A stretch of 20,000 nt of DNA from positions 112,148-132,147 of the IMG/VR virus record IMGVR_UViG_3300042569_002050; one strand, given 5' to 3'. This DNA comes from an uncultured virus (IMG/VR IMGVR_UViG_3300042569_002050). Lineage: Duplodnaviria; Heunggongvirae; Uroviricota; Caudoviricetes. Positions within the stretch are counted from its first letter, which is position 1. Each line of letters starts with the position of its first letter. The notes beneath the pieces are model-generated. The model searched no databases, was not told the origin of the DNA, and saw only the letters and a program-made list of their open reading frames with translations. Made by a program: the position numbers and the translations under genes. Shown here piece by piece: positions 13,909 through 20,000 of the stretch.

Positions 13909-16900
13909 TGGCTGAAATAAGGATCATAGGGAATATTAATAGTACTACTCAAACAAATAGATTTGATGAGAAAGATATTGCTTTACTAGGCCAAAATATT
14001 ATTGCAAATAATTTTGGATTAGCAAATGATTATATAGAATACCATATTACTGATGCTTTAGATAAGATTTTATCCCAATCTTATTCCTATCTATCATACA
14101 AATCTCCCTCAGATGTCGCTTTAAATTTAGATGGTACTTATTCTTCTTTAGAAATAGATCCTGTAGAAGATTTAAAACAACAATATAATAATGGTGAATT
14201 TCGAGTAATATATAACTTTTTTAGAAATAAAATAGGAACACCAGTTTCACCGCTTTTTATTAAAGAAATATCTGATGATAGAACAGAAATTAGAGTAGGT
14301 TCTACTTTTTTAAATAATGATTTAATAAAAGAACAAACAGATATTTTAATTAATGAGATTAATAATACTCCTTATTTAAAGTACTATTTAGCAAACTTTA
14401 GTAGAAATAATACACCTGTTATTATCAATATTGATCTAGATACAACAGAAGACACATTCTATATCTTAATCAAATTCTACAAACCACTCTCAGAAAGTAT
14501 TTCTATAAAAGATACTTTTTGGATTGTAGATGAAATTATTGATAGTTATAATTTTAATATTAACTTAGATAGATTACTAATATTAGATGCAGCTCCTACT
14601 ATTAAAGGACCTAATTTTAGTGTTAAAGTAGATTTTAATAATTTAAGTACACCTTACCATAATTACAATAGTTTAGTTAATCAATTAACAGGTTCTAATC
14701 ATAATTTTATTAATCAGTATTTAGAAGGATCTATTGATCTTAATACAGACTATACAAATTTTGATGATTTTATTAGATTTAGTTCAGCCGAGAGTAGAAT
14801 TTCAAATTTTGTAAGTAAAGTTACTACAATTCAGAATTATGAAATTACATCATCAATTGTAAGTTCTAGTAATTTAGCAAATAAAGCAACCGAATTAGCA
14901 TATTATTCATCAAGTATTAATTCAATTATTACTGGATTTGATGGGTATGAAAAATATATGTATTTTGAATCAAGCTCATACGCTTATCCAAAAACAACAA
15001 GTACAAAGCCTTTTATTTTACAACCAGTAACATCATCTGTTGTTACTAACTGGTATAATAATAGAATAATAGCAGCACAAGATTATGATTTAGATAATCA
15101 AGACCATTTAATACAATTAATTCCTAGCTATCTTCTTGAAGATCCAGAAAATACTCCATACTTAACATTTGTTAATATGATGGGTCAGTATTTTGATAAT
15201 ATATGGATTTATTTAAAATCAGTAACCGATTTATATAAGAACGAGAATAATCTTGAAGAAGGTATATCTAAAGATATTGTATTCCATGCTTTACAATCAT
15301 TAGGAGTTCATTTATATAATAGTAAAGCAGATGTAGATTTAGATTTAGCTTTATTGGGAGCTAATAGTGGAAGTATTGGTAATTTAAACAATATTCCTAA
15401 AAAAGATTTAGTTGCTGAAGTATATAAAAGAATATATCATAATATTCCTTTACTATTTAGCTCAAAGGGTAGTAATAAAGGATTAGATCATTTAGTTAAT
15501 ATATTTGGTATTACAGGTAGTATTTTACCTATTAAAGAATATGGTGGTAATACTAAACAAAATACATTACTAGATAGTAATAATGATAAAATTAGAGTTA
15601 TCTCTACTCAAATTACAGGAAGTGTTTTATCTCCTTATGTACGTCTTGAAGAAGAATCAACTAATATCACATTAGTTAGATCAACTGATTATCACAAGAT
15701 TGATATTTCATTCTCACCTCAAAATGAAATAGATAACGTTTTATCATCATCTATTTCTTCTGTTATTTCTAACTTTGAGATTGACAACTATGTTGGTGAT
15801 CCTCGATTTGAACTTAGTGGAAGTTATCCTACATTAAATACTTTAAGACAATCTCATATAACTTCAAGTTTTACAACAGAGTTTGATTATGCTGGTTTTA
15901 TTGGGTTAATTAAATTTTTTGATAATTCTTTATTTAAAATGTTGAAGGATTATGTACCTGGAAGATCTACGTTATTAACCGGTATTACTATTCGTCCACA
16001 AAATTTAGAAAGAATTAAGTTTAAAAGATTACAACCTAATATTACTAATCAAACAATACATGAAGCAAATTATAATGGGCCTATAATTACTGAGGATAAT
16101 GATTATTTATATAGTTTATTGCCTGGTAATAGAGAAGCATTTTATAGTGGAGAATTAAGTGGAAGTTGGCCTGATATTAATGAATATTTTGAAGATTCAA
16201 ACCCAAATCCATTCTTAGTTACAACAACTTCAAGTTCATATGAATTTGAACGTACTGATTTTAATGTTACTTTAAATAATTCTCTTATAAGTAGACCTTC
16301 AACTAAAGTTCAAAAATTAACTCCAATATATTCTTATAATGTAAGTGGTGTTTTACAACAAAGTTCTGAAATTCAAGTTCAAACAGATGTTCAAGATAGT
16401 AATGAATCTTTAAAATCATTTGAACGTTCTAGACATGCTGGGGTTAAATTAACAGGTGCAACATATAACGATTATACTGATGGAGATATATCATTTGGTA
16501 AAACTGCTGTTATAAATAATCAAGTTAGAAAATTAGGTTTATTTTCTGAAGTAGTTAAAAGTAAATTTTTACCAAATAGAAATAATGTAGTAACTAAGTA
16601 TCTTGTAGATGAAGAAGGTAATTTAACTGAACTAAACCAACGTAATAAAAATTGGGAGGAAGTTCAAAGGACATTCCCCACAAATGATACTTTAGACGTT
16701 TCATTATTTGATAACCAAAAATATAGCAATCAGAAAAATTTAGATGGAACTAAATTAATATTTGAAAGTGGATATTCATATTCTCCATTATTATACATTA
16801 GCGGAAGTGATACTATCTTGTATTTCCAATCAGATATTGGTAATATTTCTAAAGAATTAGAAGCTACCCATTCTATAGGTCTTATTACTAGTTCATTAGG

Positions 16901-18317
16901 GGGTTCACCAGATTATCCTTTGTTCACAACAGGGTCAGATAAAACTATATTTAATGTATTTACATTTTTAAATAGAAATATTAACTCAACAAATGATTAT
17001 CATGGGGGTACGTTAAGCCCAAATACTTACCCATCATATTCAGTTCCAGAAACAGGATTATATGATATTACAGCAAGTGTTGGTTATGAAATTACTATGT
17101 CTGATGGAGGAAATGTTACTTGGTCTTTAGAGATAGTGAGTGGAAGTACAATCATAGCGAGTGGTAGTCAAGTTGTAATTATAGAAGACAAAGTTGAAGC
17201 AACTCAATTTACTGGAGGGGGTGTATTTTATCAAAATTATGGAGGTGGTAGTGAAACATTTACTTATCAAGGATATGCATACCAGTTAACCACAGACATA
17301 GTTAATTCAGTGGGTACAGTTATATTTCCTAAAGGACAAACAATTTATGGATATAATGTATTTGATACTGTAAACCCACCAAACCAAAATGATTGTAACA
17401 ATTGTTTCCCATCTTTCTTAAACAGTATATCGTTATGGGGATTGCAAGAAAGTATAACAATGTGGAGAGATACAGGTCAATGTTTTGCAGGATTTGGCCA
17501 AACATTTCCTTGTGATTCTTATAGTTATTATGAATACTATGACACTTATAATTTGTATGAAATTCCTAACATATATAGTGTTGCTGAGTCTACAACTATT
17601 AATCTTAGTGTAACAACACAACAAAGTTTAAATAAAGATGCTAATATTGAATTTAGAATAAAACAAAAGAATTTATCTGCAACTAATTATACTGCTAGAT
17701 TCAATACTAGAGGATCTTTACAAATAAAATCAGTATCAAATCAAATAAACCAACTACCTAGTGCAACTACTGGATCTACTGGATTTATTGATTCTGTACA
17801 ACCCACATCAGGATCTGTTACTAGTAGTATTACTTTAAATAATCAATTAACTAGTTTTTTAGGATATACTTTTATTCCACTACCTCCAACTGGATCCGGA
17901 ATACCCCAACATTCTTTATATCCTACTTATGGAGATGTAGATTATAAATTCGAATTAGGATACTATGATATGATAATTCACCATGATACTAGTGGATCAA
18001 TATCTGAATATAGAATTTTAAATACTAAAGTAGTAAATTCTAAATTAGTAATAGATATCTCTCCAGCGTTTGATAATGATGATAAAGCAAGAGATTTTGA
18101 AGATCCAAGTAAATACTCAAAAATATTATTCTTAAAAAGATTAAAAGACGAAACAAATACAATTATAAACTTTATAAAACGTGATGGTAAAACATCATAT
18201 GGTTTTATAATCCCTGATGATATACACCCAGACGTATTCGCAAACATCGACACAATTACTCGTGAAGTAAAAACAAAAATGATTGAAGGTGGTGGTATGG
18301 ATGGTGGTACATTATAA
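13908..18317 (+). CDS. Large baseplate/tail structural protein (1469 aa), gp7/P2 GpI-like segment plus C-terminal beta domains
   Basis: LIPSYL...MMGQYFD and NIPLLFSSKGSNKGLDHLVNIFG resemble gp7/GpI motifs; late YSVPETGLYDITASV beta-sandwich motif. Confidence 0.6.
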   Translation: MAEIRIIGNINSTTQTNRFDEKDIALLGQNIIANNFGLANDYIEYHITDALDKILSQSYSYLSYKSPSDVALNLDGTYSSLEIDPVEDLKQQYNNGEFRVIYNFFRNKIGTPVSPLFIKEISDDRTEIRVGSTFLNNDLIKEQTDILINEINNTPYLKYYLANFSRNNTPVIINIDLDTTEDTFYILIKFYKPLSESISIKDTFWIVDEIIDSYNFNINLDRLLILDAAPTIKGPNFSVKVDFNNLSTPYHNYNSLVNQLTGSNHNFINQYLEGSIDLNTDYTNFDDFIRFSSAESRISNFVSKVTTIQNYEITSSIVSSSNLANKATELAYYSSSINSIITGFDGYEKYMYFESSSYAYPKTTSTKPFILQPVTSSVVTNWYNNRIIAAQDYDLDNQDHLIQLIPSYLLEDPENTPYLTFVNMMGQYFDNIWIYLKSVTDLYKNENNLEEGISKDIVFHALQSLGVHLYNSKADVDLDLALLGANSGSIGNLNNIPKKDLVAEVYKRIYHNIPLLFSSKGSNKGLDHLVNIFGITGSILPIKEYGGNTKQNTLLDSNNDKIRVISTQITGSVLSPYVRLEEESTNITLVRSTDYHKIDISFSPQNEIDNVLSSSISSVISNFEIDNYVGDPRFELSGSYPTLNTLRQSHITSSFTTEFDYAGFIGLIKFFDNSLFKMLKDYVPGRSTLLTGITIRPQNLERIKFKRLQPNITNQTIHEANYNGPIITEDNDYLYSLLPGNREAFYSGELSGSWPDINEYFEDSNPNPFLVTTTSSSYEFERTDFNVTLNNSLISRPSTKVQKLTPIYSYNVSGVLQQSSEIQVQTDVQDSNESLKSFERSRHAGVKLTGATYNDYTDGDISFGKTAVINNQVRKLGLFSEVVKSKFLPNRNNVVTKYLVDEEGNLTELNQRNKNWEEVQRTFPTNDTLDVSLFDNQKYSNQKNLDGTKLIFESGYSYSPLLYISGSDTILYFQSDIGNISKELEATHSIGLITSSLGGSPDYPLFTTGSDKTIFNVFTFLNRNINSTNDYHGGTLSPNTYPSYSVPETGLYDITASVGYEITMSDGGNVTWSLEIVSGSTIIASGSQVVIIEDKVEATQFTGGGVFYQNYGGGSETFTYQGYAYQLTTDIVNSVGTVIFPKGQTIYGYNVFDTVNPPNQNDCNNCFPSFLNSISLWGLQESITMWRDTGQCFAGFGQTFPCDSYSYYEYYDTYNLYEIPNIYSVAESTTINLSVTTQQSLNKDANIEFRIKQKNLSATNYTARFNTRGSLQIKSVSNQINQLPSATTGSTGFIDSVQPTSGSVTSSITLNNQLTSFLGYTFIPLPPTGSGIPQHSLYPTYGDVDYKFELGYYDMIIHHDTSGSISEYRILNTKVVNSKLVIDISPAFDNDDKARDFEDPSKYSKILFLKRLKDETNTIINFIKRDGKTSYGFIIPDDIHPDVFANIDTITREVKTKMIEGGGMDGGTL

Positions 18318-18331
18318 TAAAATTTAAAACT

Positions 18332-18347
18332 TGTATATTTATATACA
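18332..18347 (+). promoter_or_regulatory. Putative late promoter inside the inverted repeat TGTATAT-TT-ATATACA
   Basis: ATATTTATA at 18335-18343; ATG at 18362. Confidence 0.55.
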
Positions 18348-18361
18348 GTAACTAATAAACT

Positions 18362-19021
18362 ATGGCAATATTAAATCCTTCTTTTGTAACTGTCGATGCG
18401 GTTTTAACCAAAAAGGGCCGCGAACTGTTAGCTCGTAATGATGGCTCATTCCAGATTACACAATTTTCATTAGCAGATGATGAAGTTGATTATACTCTAT
18501 ATAACCCAACTCATCCATCAGGCTCAGCATATTATGGTGAAGCAATCGAAGCTATGCCTATCATTGAAGCTTTCCCAGATGAAGCTCAAATTATGCGATA
18601 TAAGTTAGTAACTTTACCAAGAGGTACAAGCAAAATGCCTGTTATTTCTTTAGGTTCTTCTTCAATAATTTTGAAACAAGGTGCTTCTTTAAGTATTACT
18701 CCTCAAACATTAAATTATCTAGGTGCAAATAGTACTTTTGAAACTAATGGATATGTAATGAGTGTTGCTGATGTTCGTTTAGTTTCTACTTTTAGAGGTG
18801 CTGGTATTACTGGTGCTACTGTAGGTACTAACACATTAAATACAACAAGTGGTACTAAATTATCTAAAGCAGAAATTGGTACTTCATTCACATTAACTGG
18901 AACTACAATTAATACATTATTTGGTACTACTGCCACTTCATTAACTACTACAATTACTGTAACTGGTAGAGATAGTGGTTCTAGAATTACAGTTCCTTTA
19001 ATCATTCAAAAAGTTAATTAA
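18362..19021 (+). CDS. Virion structural protein (tail-collar/baseplate-like, 219 aa)
   Basis: DAVLTKKGRELLA...ITQFSLADDEVDY motif; Thr-rich Ig-like C-terminus. Confidence 0.55.
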   Translation: MAILNPSFVTVDAVLTKKGRELLARNDGSFQITQFSLADDEVDYTLYNPTHPSGSAYYGEAIEAMPIIEAFPDEAQIMRYKLVTLPRGTSKMPVISLGSSSIILKQGASLSITPQTLNYLGANSTFETNGYVMSVADVRLVSTFRGAGITGATVGTNTLNTTSGTKLSKAEIGTSFTLTGTTINTLFGTTATSLTTTITVTGRDSGSRITVPLIIQKVN

Positions 19022-19028
19022 TTAACAT

Positions 19029-19985
19029 ATGTCATTTAATAGATACAACACAGAAGATTCAGTAATAAGCTCAGAAACCGTAGTACGTGGTTTATGGAGT
19101 GGAGATAGTGCTACACTTTCAGCCGTAGCTACTTCATCAACTCAAGCAGCTGCTTCAAAATTTTATTTAGACGTATACAATGCAGGTGAAGTAGCATTTT
19201 CTATTGAATATGCACATATTTCTGGTTCAGGCTCAACTTATTTTAATTCAAGTGTAACTAGTTCTACTTCTACTAAAGTTGTATATGGACAATATAGAAA
19301 CCTAATTTATGGTAGTGAAGAAGCAACTTTTCAAATTGGAGGTTCTACTGTAAGTCAATTTTATGTAATTAACGTAGCAAGATCTCGATACAAAGAATCT
19401 TTACATCCTGGTTCTTTAACCTTAGCATTAAGTGGAAGTTCTGGAATTATTTCTTTAACAGATAATAGCACTGTTTTAACTACTAGTCAATTTATTGATA
19501 GTAATAGATATTTTAATATTGTTAGTGGATCTGCAGGAACACCTGCTAATACAACAGTATATGGTCATATGTTCCCTGATTTAGGTTTAATCGTTCTGAA
19601 TCCAGGTGCATTAACAGGATTTATGACAGCTCCTGCTGTAACAACAAACACTTACGAAAACAATAATGCTAAATTATATACTTCTATATTAGGTGCTACA
19701 ACAGCTGGAAGATTATTTAGATTACAATCATCTGAAACTATTTCATCACGTTTCTTCTTTACAAGAATTAAGAACAGTGAATATAATTATACTTCGAATC
19801 CATCAATTATTGATAGTAAAGGCAATATTCTTTATACTACATTAATTGATAATCCACAAACTTATATCACAACTGTAGGGTTATATAACGATAATAATGA
19901 ATTATTAGCAGTTGCTAAATTAAGCAAACCATTAGTAAAAGACTTTACTAAAGAAGCATTAATTCGTATTAAGTTAGACTACTAA
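19029..19985 (+). CDS. Virion structural protein (318 aa)
   Basis: C-terminal YITTVGLYNDNNELLAVAKLSKP motif, similar to tail-collar fibre domains; S/T-rich. Confidence 0.55.
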   Translation: MSFNRYNTEDSVISSETVVRGLWSGDSATLSAVATSSTQAAASKFYLDVYNAGEVAFSIEYAHISGSGSTYFNSSVTSSTSTKVVYGQYRNLIYGSEEATFQIGGSTVSQFYVINVARSRYKESLHPGSLTLALSGSSGIISLTDNSTVLTTSQFIDSNRYFNIVSGSAGTPANTTVYGHMFPDLGLIVLNPGALTGFMTAPAVTTNTYENNNAKLYTSILGATTAGRLFRLQSSETISSRFFFTRIKNSEYNYTSNPSIIDSKGNILYTTLIDNPQTYITTVGLYNDNNELLAVAKLSKPLVKDFTKEALIRIKLDY

Positions 19986-20000
19986 TATAAAAGAAATGTT

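Noticed and set aside
17180..17590. Diversity-generating retroelement variable repeat
   Set aside because: No template repeat or reverse transcriptase is in the window, and the segment is not C-terminal.
767..19005. All minus-strand ORFs in the track (e.g. 767-994, 2838-3095, 9540-9896, 10727-11074)
   Set aside because: They are antisense shadows of better-supported + genes, with no leaders or recognisable motifs.
1..20000. Stop-codon reassignment (TAG/TGA recoding)
   Set aside because: Long genes are intact in the standard code with high coding density, and TAG stops at 110 and 816 fall at cassette boundaries.
19996..20000. Start of the next gene (ATG 19996)
   Set aside because: Only 5 nt are visible, so it cannot be supported.

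Overview
A 20 kb stretch of a large tailed (myovirus-like) phage genome with every supported gene on the + strand. The host is probably Bacteroidota (inference: no Shine-Dalgarno, A-rich start regions, promoter cores resembling the -7 TAnnTTTG element). There are three zones. (1) 1-3072 is a more GC-rich, putative early/host-takeover array of tiny hypothetical genes. Eight consecutive genes are each preceded by a copy of one bipartite motif, GGYKGG-N14-RTAYATT(T/G/C)A, which starts at or near the previous stop codon, often folds into a short hairpin, and lies 28-38 nt before the ATG. This looks like a promoter-stem-loop gene-cassette array, and it includes one non-coding insert antisense to the start regions. 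(2) 3073-3420 is a non-coding junction with tandem repeats, palindromes and a G/C skew flip (candidate terminal-repeat end, origin or pac site), followed by a T5orf172/GIY-YIG gene, small genes and a gp55-like sigma factor. (3) 6363-19985 is an AT-rich late module: spike/hub, gp25-like and gp6-like wedge proteins, a GH19 endolysin, a 1469-aa baseplate/tail protein and tail-collar-like proteins. It is preceded by ATATTTATW putative late promoters, several embedded in hairpins. All functional calls come from motif recognition by eye; no searches were run.
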